Of a DNA stretch of 24,000 nt, positions 6,215 through 13,375 are shown one piece after another. How positions within the stretch are numbered: the stretch's first letter is position 1; every line of letters starts with the position of its first letter. The DNA is from Promethearchaeota archaeon. Lineage in GTDB: Archaea; Asgardarchaeota; Lokiarchaeia; Sigyniarchaeales; SOKP01. The stretch covers positions 5,260-29,259 of the forward strand of contig JAHLWH010000075.1 of the NCBI GenBank assembly GCA_019058015.1. The letters run 5' to 3'. The position numbers and the translations under genes were made by a program. The notes beneath the pieces were generated by a model. That model worked only from the letters and a program-made list of their open reading frames with translations. It was not told where the DNA came from and did no database searches.

Positions 6215-7606
6215 ATGAGTGAACTTGAGAAGGAGAGTAGTGTCTCAAACTTAAACATGGCCTCTTACAGTATGGCAGAATTTATATACATGGTATTTAG
6301 TGGAATCTTCGGTTCGTTTTTCATTTTTTACTGGGAAACTGAAGTGGGATTAAATATATGGATTGTGACGCTTGGTTATATAATTTATGCAATCTGGAAT
6401 TCAATTAATGATCCTCTTGTTGGTTACTTCACTGACAAACCCAATAAACTTTGGAAAAAATATGGTAAGCGATTTCCGTTCATTATTATTGGAGGAATTC
6501 CTTCAATTTTTATGCTTGCACTTATTTTTACTCCACCTTACTTGGATCCCATAACCGGAGCATGGATATATTTTGGATGGATATTATTATCCTCATGCAT
6601 GTATGAGCTATTTTACACAATTTTCCAACTTAGTAATGCGGCATTATTTCCAGATAAATTTCGTTCTGATAATGAACGAAGAAAGGCAGGTTTCTTTCGC
6701 ATGGGATTAGGACTTGTGGGTACTGCAGTTGGGTTAATCATTCCTCCACTGTTTATTTCTTATGGAGATCGCCAATCCTATACTAATATGGCATGGATAT
6801 TTGTTGTTCTTAATCTGGTCTTTTTCTTGACAATTATTCCTGGACATAGAGAATCAGCGCAAATGAGAGAAAGATATATGCAAGAACCAAGTGCTGAAAA
6901 GAAGTTGCCGTTTTTGAAAACAATGAAAATCGTGGTTACTCAGAAGAATTTTATTGTATATATGATTGTTTTTCTATTTGATGGAATTATCGGTGCGTGT
7001 CTAGTAGGATCTATACAATATGCTACTAAATATATATTACTGGAGGACCCGACAATGTCTATTATCGTTTTAGCCGGATTTCTTTTAGGTTCTTTAGGAT
7101 CGATATTCTTTTGGCTTATTTTTTCACAAAAGTTAAATAATAATAGAAAAATGTTAATAATTGGCGTTTTTCTAAATACGATCTTCTTATTTCCATTTAT
7201 GTTTGTACAAGGATTACTTGGTTTTGTTATAGCTGCAGTAATATTGGGAATTGGAGGAGGTGCGCTGAGAATAGGAAGAAGTCCTGTTTTAGGTGACACG
7301 ATTGATGAAGCTACTGTCAAATCAGGTCAAAGACTTGAGGGTTCTTATATGGGAGTGTACGCTTTTTTTGTTAGGTTTGGACTTATTGGCCAAATATTGA
7401 TTTTTGCAATAGTACATGAATTAACTGGATTTAATGCAGATGTACTAATTCAAACTGAATTAGCTCTATTTGGAATACGTGCTCATTTAGCATTGATACC
7501 AATGATCTTAACTCTCATTGGTTTAGTCATTTTCATTTTTGTGTATGACCTTACTCCTGAAAGAACAAAAGAAATTAAAGAAAAATTAAAAGAATTAAAT
7601 TTATAA
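6215..7606 (+). CDS. MFS-type sugar:cation symporter, GPH (glycoside-pentoside-hexuronide, MelB-like) family
   Basis: 463 aa with about 12 hydrophobic segments. An N-terminal NDPLVGYFTDK motif is typical of GPH transporters. Confidence 0.8.
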   Translation: MSELEKESSVSNLNMASYSMAEFIYMVFSGIFGSFFIFYWETEVGLNIWIVTLGYIIYAIWNSINDPLVGYFTDKPNKLWKKYGKRFPFIIIGGIPSIFMLALIFTPPYLDPITGAWIYFGWILLSSCMYELFYTIFQLSNAALFPDKFRSDNERRKAGFFRMGLGLVGTAVGLIIPPLFISYGDRQSYTNMAWIFVVLNLVFFLTIIPGHRESAQMRERYMQEPSAEKKLPFLKTMKIVVTQKNFIVYMIVFLFDGIIGACLVGSIQYATKYILLEDPTMSIIVLAGFLLGSLGSIFFWLIFSQKLNNNRKMLIIGVFLNTIFLFPFMFVQGLLGFVIAAVILGIGGGALRIGRSPVLGDTIDEATVKSGQRLEGSYMGVYAFFVRFGLIGQILIFAIVHELTGFNADVLIQTELALFGIRAHLALIPMILTLIGLVIFIFVYDLTPERTKEIKEKLKELNL

Positions 7607-7613
7607 TTTTTTT
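7607..7613 (+). terminator. oligo-T tract immediately after the transporter stop codon
   Basis: A T7 run starts 1 nt after the TAA at 7604-7606, and further T-runs follow. This is an archaeal oligo-T termination signal. Confidence 0.3.
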
Positions 7614-8039
7614 CTTTTATCTTATTTTATTTTATTTTTTTTATTACATTATCATGCCAAATAAATTACGTAGACTCACAAAATTACAAATGATTTTTTT
7701 CTGAATAAATTAGAAAAATTAGTAAAAGAAGCTAAACTTGGACTAAATGAATTAGCGAAAACTTACCCAATTTCTAAAGAGGATTATGAATTTGAAATGT
7801 CTTGGTGGAATAAATACTAAATCTTTCTTAAGTATTTAAAGAGGAGAAAAAATTTCACCATTATATAAAAAAGTCGAAAATATCGCCGAAAAAATCATAT
7901 CTTACATTGGCTGAATTTTCAAATTTTTATCATTAAGTTTAAATAACAATTTAATAAACTTATAACTGTTTTTTTAAAAAAATTTTTTAAAAAATATTAG
8001 GGTCTTTTAAATTTAGATTTTGTTAAAAGTCAAAAAAAA

Positions 8040-8429
8040 CTATTCAAATTCTATCACTGTCCCGCACATACTACATATATTTTCCCCCTTTTTAACTTCT
8101 GCTCCACAAAAACGACAATAGAGTATTTGTTCACTATATATTATGGGCGTTTCTGGGAGTATTGTTGTTTGAGACACACTCTGAGCGCGTTTCCAATTAG
8201 GTGGATAACTAAGAATTCTTGTGGTTTTAAGAGTCTTTTGGTTACATATATCGCAACGTCCTCTTTTTAGATTTCTACTGCAAGAATTGCAAATAACCCT
8301 CTCACAATTGGGACATAAGCGAACTTCAACCCATGGATTTTTTTTTGCAATATCTCTTCCACAAATATCACATGGTAGTGGGGGCTTCGGTTCTTTATCA
8401 ACCTTAAAAAATTTCTTTATGAAAGACAT
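8040..8429 (-). CDS. zinc-finger protein: N-terminal C4C4 RING-like cross-brace pattern plus C-terminal zinc ribbon
   Basis: 129 aa. The N-terminal cysteine pattern is C20-x2-C23-x15-C39-x2-C42-x4-C47-x2-C50-x8-C59-x2-C62. The C-terminal pattern is C105-x2-C108-x10-C119-x2-C122. It lies 22 nt downstream of the ESCRT-III gene on the same strand. Confidence 0.7.
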   Translation of the reverse strand: MSFIKKFFKVDKEPKPPLPCDICGRDIAKKNPWVEVRLCPNCERVICNSCSRNLKRGRCDICNQKTLKTTRILSYPPNWKRAQSVSQTTILPETPIIYSEQILYCRFCGAEVKKGENICSMCGTVIEFE

Positions 8430-8451
8430 TTTTAGATTTTTAATTTAATTT

Positions 8452-9099
8452 TTAGTCATCAGATTCTTTCAATTCTTTAAGCTCATTTTCTAGATCTTTA
8501 ATTCGTTGATCCCCACCCACTGTTGGGAGTTGTATTCCTGTTTCAACCGAGATTTCAGCATCGATCTCGCCTAAAACATTCATTACCTCTTCATTCGAAA
8601 CACTTGTATCAACATTAATGTTTTCAATTCCATCTGCAGTAATTTCTTCGGTAACTTGGAAGTCTTCAATTCCGATATCAATATCTTTGATTGTTTCGGT
8701 TATTTCAGGAATAGATATCTGTGATTTTAATCCTGAAACGGAACCAGCTATTGCTTTCATAATTCCAGCAACATCTTTAATTGCGGAGGCTTGTTCTAAC
8801 TTAAATTGCAATCCTTCAAGATTTAATTTAAAGGTTGAAATTCCTTTTGACCATTTTTTAAATTGTAAATAACCTCGGGCATGAACTTCAGCACCTTTCA
8901 TATCCCCTTCTTTTCGCAATTTTACAGCTTTAGTTCTTGCCTGTTTTGCTTTCGCTTCAAGTTTTTTTGCTTGTCTTTCTAAGCGCTTGTTAAAGATTTT
9001 AAGTTTAACGGTAACGGATCTAATATCCCGATCTTTTGATCTACCACCACTTAACCAACCACTTACGTCTTTTAGAAAACCCAAAATGATTCTACTCAA
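8452..9099 (-). CDS. ESCRT-III family protein (Snf7 superfamily, Vps2/24/46-like)
   Basis: 215 aa. It has a basic N-terminal helical hairpin (KLKIFNKRLERQAKKLEAKAKQARTKAVKLRKEG) and an acidic C-terminal half. The C-terminal IKDLENELKELK resembles a MIM1 motif. The start is TTG (9097-9099), preceded directly by an in-frame stop. It is divergent from vps4. Confidence 0.85.
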   Translation of the reverse strand: MSRIILGFLKDVSGWLSGGRSKDRDIRSVTVKLKIFNKRLERQAKKLEAKAKQARTKAVKLRKEGDMKGAEVHARGYLQFKKWSKGISTFKLNLEGLQFKLEQASAIKDVAGIMKAIAGSVSGLKSQISIPEITETIKDIDIGIEDFQVTEEITADGIENINVDTSVSNEEVMNVLGEIDAEISVETGIQLPTVGGDQRIKDLENELKELKESDD

Positions 9100-9156
9100 T
9101 TATTTTAAAATTAATCTTCTTAAAATTACTTAAGAATTAAATATTTATTTTAATAT

Positions 9157-9221
9157 ATATCTTAAAAAATATTTAAGATATTTCAATCTATTTTTATTAG
9201 TAGAGATATCTTAAAAAATAT
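9157..9221. promoter_or_regulatory. repeated 16-bp motif and 10-bp-arm inverted repeat in the ESCRT-III / vps4 divergent promoter region
   Basis: ATATCTTAAAAAATAT occurs exactly at 9157-9172 and 9206-9221. The first copy is part of the inverted repeat ATATCTTAAA-AAATA-TTTAAGATAT (9157-9181). The second copy overlaps a TATA-like element about 28 bp upstream of the vps4 ATG. Confidence 0.4.
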
Positions 9222-9244
9222 ATTCTGTTGAGAGTAAAAATTAA

Positions 9245-10462
9245 ATGAGTTCTTTAGATTCTAAGTTGTTTTCTTTTGCAATGAAAGAAGCAAAAGAAGC
9301 AGTTGAGTATGATAAAAAGGCTGAATATCAAAAAGCCATTAATAAATATAGTAGAGCAGCTGAAATATTAATTCAATTTGCAAAATACAATAAAAATCCA
9401 AGTTTGCAAAAACTATGCCAAGAAAAAATTCACGAATATGTCTCCCGTGCTAAAACATTAAAAAGAAGTTTGAAACCTTATATAAAAGGAAGGATTTCAA
9501 CTCGTAAGAGAGTAACTAAAAAGGGAATAGATTCAGAAGAAATCGAAGAAGAGGAGATTTTAACCAAAGAGCAACAAGAACTTAGAGAAACCATATCAGG
9601 AACAATTATTACGGAAGTTCCGAATATCCGATGGGAAGATATTGCTGGTTTAACAGATTGTAAACAATCACTTAGAGAAGCAATAGTCTTGCCAATAATG
9701 AGACCAGAATTATTTACCGGTGCTAGAAAGCCATGGTCTGGTATTCTTTTATATGGTCCTCCTGGTTGTGGAAAAACTCTGCTCGCTCAAGCGGCAGCAA
9801 CAGAATGTGAAGCAACTTTTTTTAGTGCATCAGCTGCTGAATTATTATCAAAATGGCTTGGGGAAAGTGAGAAATTAATTAGTTCATTATTTAAATTAGC
9901 AAGACTTGAAGCACCAAGTATCATATTTTTTGATGAAATTGATTCGATCACGACTTCGAGGGGATATGGTTCGGAAAGTGGTGGAGAGAGAAGAATTAAA
10001 ACTCAATTATTAGGTGAAATTCAAGGACTTAAATCAAGGACTGAAAAATTACTTTTAATTTTAGGTGCAACAAATCGACCTTGGGATATTGATACAGCAA
10101 TGTTGCGAAGATTTGAGAAAAAAATTTATGTCCCTATCCCAGATGAAGAAGCGAGAGAAGCAATTTTTAAAATACATACAGCTGGGGTAAATCTCTCACT
10201 TACAGATGATGATTTTAGGGAACTTGGAGAAAGAACTGCGGGATATTCCGGATCTGATATTGCTAATGTCTGTAGAGAAGTGATTATGAGACCGATAAGA
10301 GAGTTAGATATGAGTGGAAAAATAACTGCCGAAGCAGAGGAAATTATCGTTAGAGATGTAAATATAGAAGATTTTAACAAAACACTTAAAAAAATTAAAC
10401 CAATTGTATCTGAAAAAGAAATAAAGAGATACCATGAGTGGTTTGAACAATTTGGTGAATGA
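9245..10462 (+). CDS. vps4: Vps4-type AAA+ ATPase (N-terminal MIT domain plus a single AAA cassette)
   Basis: 405 aa.
- MIT-like three-helix N-terminus (AKEAVEYDKKAEYQKAINKYSRAAEILIQFAKY...YVSRAKTLK).
- Walker A: GPPGCGKT.
- Walker B: IIFFDEID.
- Second region of homology: ATNRPWDIDTAMLRRF.
- Vps4 C-terminal helix region (YHEWFEQFG). Confidence 0.95.
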   Translation: MSSLDSKLFSFAMKEAKEAVEYDKKAEYQKAINKYSRAAEILIQFAKYNKNPSLQKLCQEKIHEYVSRAKTLKRSLKPYIKGRISTRKRVTKKGIDSEEIEEEEILTKEQQELRETISGTIITEVPNIRWEDIAGLTDCKQSLREAIVLPIMRPELFTGARKPWSGILLYGPPGCGKTLLAQAAATECEATFFSASAAELLSKWLGESEKLISSLFKLARLEAPSIIFFDEIDSITTSRGYGSESGGERRIKTQLLGEIQGLKSRTEKLLLILGATNRPWDIDTAMLRRFEKKIYVPIPDEEAREAIFKIHTAGVNLSLTDDDFRELGERTAGYSGSDIANVCREVIMRPIRELDMSGKITAEAEEIIVRDVNIEDFNKTLKKIKPIVSEKEIKRYHEWFEQFGE

Positions 10463-10491
10463 TAAATAGTAATTAGGTGCATCCTTGAACG

Positions 10492-11373
10492 ATGGAAAGA
10501 CAAAAAGCTAAAGAAGTCCCAAAAGAAGAAATTGCTGTATCAGATGAAAAAATTGAAGAACTAAGGAAAGAATTAGAAAGTCTTAAAAAAAAAAAAGAAT
10601 TAAAAGTTAAAGCAGAACAACAAAAGGTTAAGGAAAAAGAAGGGCTAACAATTTCTATTGATTTAGATGATATAGAGAAAAGATTAGATGCTATAGAAGA
10701 ATTTCTTGAAGAAAAAACTCAAAAATCTGAGGTTCTAATTAAAACAAAAGATTTAGATGAGATTGAGAAAGAACTTCAGTCTATCGAAAGCGAAATTGTA
10801 ATTGAACCAAAGGTTATAGAAAAGGAATTAACTTCTTATGAAAAATTAATTAAAGAGCATCCATGGCTTGAAGAAACTAGATATGAATATATGTTTTCTG
10901 CTCCAGATAAAAAGAAAAATGCTAAAGATTATCAATCTTGGTTAATTGAGTGGAGCCAAGTAATTTATGATTATGCCCGAATATCGATATTGCACGTTCT
11001 CTATATTAGAAAATTAAATGCTGAGAAACCATTTTCTAAACTACGCAATAGAGATGGCGCAATCGCCGCAATAGCTCAAAAATTAGTGGATCAAAATATT
11101 GGAGTATGGTTAAATAAAAAAAAGAAAGAAGCATTAAGAATTTATTGGAAAACTTTGGATGAATGGGCAGAAGAAATGCTTGATTGGGCACGGGAAAACG
11201 GTAAATTAGAACCAATTCTAACTTTTGAGATCAGGGAGTCTGGAGAGCTTTTCGCAGAATTACCAAAAAGGGATTTGACGCGGATATTTAAAAGATTAGA
11301 AAAAGAAGGCAAAGGAGAAGTAATTAAATCTGAAGATGGAGATATTACCTTTAAAATAAATTTAAATTATTAG
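10492..11373 (+). CDS. Vps25-like ESCRT-II subunit (tandem winged helix) with a ~130-aa K/E-rich N-terminal extension
   Basis: The C-terminal ~160 aa align by eye with eukaryotic Vps25/EAP20. For example, LRIYWKTLDEWAEEMLDWARENGKLEPILTFEIRE matches LIMWRRPEEWGKLIYQWVSRSG..VFTLYEL, and the end GEVIKSEDGDITFKI matches AEIITVSDGRGVKF. It lies 29 nt downstream of vps4. Confidence 0.8.
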   Translation: MERQKAKEVPKEEIAVSDEKIEELRKELESLKKKKELKVKAEQQKVKEKEGLTISIDLDDIEKRLDAIEEFLEEKTQKSEVLIKTKDLDEIEKELQSIESEIVIEPKVIEKELTSYEKLIKEHPWLEETRYEYMFSAPDKKKNAKDYQSWLIEWSQVIYDYARISILHVLYIRKLNAEKPFSKLRNRDGAIAAIAQKLVDQNIGVWLNKKKKEALRIYWKTLDEWAEEMLDWARENGKLEPILTFEIRESGELFAELPKRDLTRIFKRLEKEGKGEVIKSEDGDITFKINLNY

Positions 11374-11374
11374 A

Positions 11375-12091
11375 CTATGAAATTGAAGGAAAATACCACT
11401 TCTGTCCTCTTAAATAGGATTCGTCTTTTTTGGCAAAACCGCTAGCTTCTAAAGAATTTAATGCCCTCAAGACTCTTTCTTGGGACCATGATAATTCTGA
11501 GCATGCATCTTCTAAAGAAATAAAACCTTTTTCTGAAGCTAATGAAATTACTTTTGCCTCATCATCGGTATGTTGAATGGAGAAAAATCTAACTTCAATA
11601 ACTCCATCATCAAGCTCTCGAATATTAGGAATTACTTTCCTTTTCTTTAAAAGATACATAGCTTTAATTACATCTTCAATCTCTAAATGATTTATGAGAA
11701 TACCTGTATTCACAATTTCAAATACGTCAGAGATCGGCATAATACCCCCAGTTTCTTCTTTTTCCATTAAAACTCTTTGGTATGCTAACATTCCTAATTT
11801 TTCATGATCAATTTTTCTCTTTTTCCTTAAGACGTCGATTTCTTCAATTCTTTCAGTAATAATTCGCGAAGTGGGTATATCAAATTTCCTCTGAAGTTCT
11901 TTAATTTCATCTCTTAATTCTGGATCTAAAGCAAGAATTACTCCATGTTTGATTGCAATTTCTCTTATTTTGTCTTTAGCAAATTCTCTTGTTTTTGCTT
12001 CTTCTTCAAGTTCTTTTTGTTTTAACTCTATGCCCTTCCTCTTCATTGCTTCTTTTAGATCAATATCATCCTCTATTTTGCGAATCCCCAT
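11375..12091 (-). CDS. Vps22/Vps36-like EAP30-domain ESCRT-II subunit
   Basis: 238 aa. The segment GGIMPISDVFEIVN...VIKAMYLLKK...LASEKGFISLEDACSELSWSQERVLRALNSLEASGFAKKD...KWYFPSI parallels SNF8/Vps22 (GGLITLEELHQQV...LAEKNGYVTVSEIKASLKWETERARQVLEHLLKEGLAWLD...YWLPALF). It is convergent with the Vps25-like gene, with a 1-nt gap. Confidence 0.8.
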   Translation of the reverse strand: MGIRKIEDDIDLKEAMKRKGIELKQKELEEEAKTREFAKDKIREIAIKHGVILALDPELRDEIKELQRKFDIPTSRIITERIEEIDVLRKKRKIDHEKLGMLAYQRVLMEKEETGGIMPISDVFEIVNTGILINHLEIEDVIKAMYLLKKRKVIPNIRELDDGVIEVRFFSIQHTDDEAKVISLASEKGFISLEDACSELSWSQERVLRALNSLEASGFAKKDESYLRGQKWYFPSIS

Positions 12092-12194
12092 ATAGTTCTA
12101 CGACTTTTTTAAATACACTTACTTTTAATTTTTAATTTTATAATTATTAAATAATAATAAGATTATATTTTTTTTTCGCTTTATTAATTTGATA

Positions 12195-12779
12195 ATGCCC
12201 AATTTTGAAGAAATTTTTCGAAAATTAAATAAAAATGAAAAAAAAATTGTAAAAGATTCTCTACATAATATCTCTGACAAGATTTGGGAATATTTTCTTG
12301 AAGAGCAATATGAAATATATATTAAAATTTCAGAATCAAAAAAAAATAAAACCTCTCTTGAATTGTTTTTAGTTCCCCAACAATTAGAGCCAGAAGTAAA
12401 TAAAATTAAAAACCTTACAACAATAGATTTTACAGGAATTCCATTGGGGTTTATTAAAAATAAGCGATTGTTTTTAAGTTTAGAAACGGCAGAATTGCTT
12501 TTCAATTTACATAAAATAGATCCTAGGATTATTTTAATCCTTAATGAAAATGGTGAAAAATCTGTATTATATGGAAATCCAATAAAAAAAAGCATGATTT
12601 TAGAGATTTCTTCTGAAGTTCAGGCAAATCGGATAGTATTTTTAATTAATAAAAATCAAGAGTTTCTCGGTCTTGGATTATTAAAAGCCAATTACGAGAA
12701 GTATAGAAAACTAAAGAATAATGATAATATTGCATTAAATTTGGTTGATAAAGGTTCTTATTTAAGAAGAGATCAATGA
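12195..12779 (+). CDS. Nip7-like pre-PUA/PUA domain protein (archaeal UPF0113 type)
   Basis: The C-terminus IVFLINKNQEFLGLGLL...NLVDKGSYLRRDQ matches the archaeal Nip7 ending (VVVLND.GDIIGIGL...NLKDVGEFLRR). The ATG at 12195 is preferred over the TTG at 12189. Confidence 0.75.
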   Translation: MPNFEEIFRKLNKNEKKIVKDSLHNISDKIWEYFLEEQYEIYIKISESKKNKTSLELFLVPQQLEPEVNKIKNLTTIDFTGIPLGFIKNKRLFLSLETAELLFNLHKIDPRIILILNENGEKSVLYGNPIKKSMILEISSEVQANRIVFLINKNQEFLGLGLLKANYEKYRKLKNNDNIALNLVDKGSYLRRDQ

Positions 12780-12909
12780 TTACAAGGAGATTTAGGAAGT
12801 AGATAAAAGCATAAATTATTCAATAAATTTAATTTTTATTATTTCTTTAAGAGTTATGAGAAAAAAAAGAGTAAAATAATAAATAAAGATAATATACATA
12901 GAAGGAGCT

Positions 12910-13368
12910 ATGAAACATAAGTTAAAATTATATCTAGATACATCAGTTATCTCAGCATTATTTGATGAGAGAAATCCTGAAAGAAAATCTCTTACAGAGT
13001 CTTTTTTCAAAGAAATTAAAAATTATGAGGTATATGTCTCTGAAATTACTATTGCTGAGATTCAAAAAACGCTTGATCAAGAGATTAAAGAAAAAATGAA
13101 TGAAGAAATGACAAAGTTTTTAGTTCTTACTATATCAGATGAAATAGAAGAATTAGCAAAAGAGATTATCCAAAAAGGGGCAATTAATGAATCGTATTCG
13201 GAGGATGCTTATCATATTGCTATAGCTATAATAAATGGGATGGATTTTCTTTTAAGTTGGAATTTTAGGCATATAGTAAGAAAAAAAACAAAAGATATTG
13301 TGAGAATGATTAATACTTTAAAAAATTTAAGACAAATCGAAATTATAACTCCAGCAGAATTATTGTAG
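12910..13368 (+). CDS. PIN-domain protein (VapC-like putative toxin ribonuclease)
   Basis: 152 aa. Acidic PIN positions are D10 (LYLDTSV), E45 (VSEITIAE) and D99 (SEDAYHIAIA). The fourth position is Asn (SWNFRH). AAGGAG lies upstream of the ATG. Confidence 0.75.
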   Translation: MKHKLKLYLDTSVISALFDERNPERKSLTESFFKEIKNYEVYVSEITIAEIQKTLDQEIKEKMNEEMTKFLVLTISDEIEELAKEIIQKGAINESYSEDAYHIAIAIINGMDFLLSWNFRHIVRKKTKDIVRMINTLKNLRQIEIITPAELL

Positions 13369-13375
13369 TAGGTGT

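Noticed and set aside
3718-7320. ORFs 3718-3909 (+), 5568-5783 (-) and 6940-7320 (-)
   Set aside because: Each lies wholly antisense within a gene that has strong family motifs (PfkB, GH172-like, GPH transporter). They are treated as shadow ORFs.
7692-7820. Short ORF fragment (LNKLEKLVKEAKLGLNELAKTYPISKEDYEFEMSWWNKY*) in the 434-bp intergenic region
   Set aside because: It is only about 38 codons with no canonical start in frame. An ATG at ~7692 is out of frame across a T7 run. It may be a decayed remnant, but there is too little evidence to annotate it.
8064-8117. Calling the C-terminal zinc ribbon of the 8040-8429 protein an NZF/RanBP2-type ubiquitin-binding finger
   Set aside because: The C-x2-C-x10-C-x2-C spacing matches. 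However, the conserved Trp before the first Cys and the Asn at the fourth loop position are absent, so only a generic zinc ribbon can be claimed.
8221-10503. ORFs 8221-8448 (+), 8618-8872 (+) and 10126-10503 (-)
   Set aside because: They are antisense to the zinc-finger, ESCRT-III and vps4 genes, whose identities are well supported. Their compositions look like reverse-frame artefacts.
12125-12595. 156-aa minus-strand ORF overlapping the Nip7-like gene
   Set aside because: The plus-strand product has a recognisable Nip7/PUA C-terminus (NLVDKGSYLRR). The minus ORF is F/I/L/S-rich with no motif.
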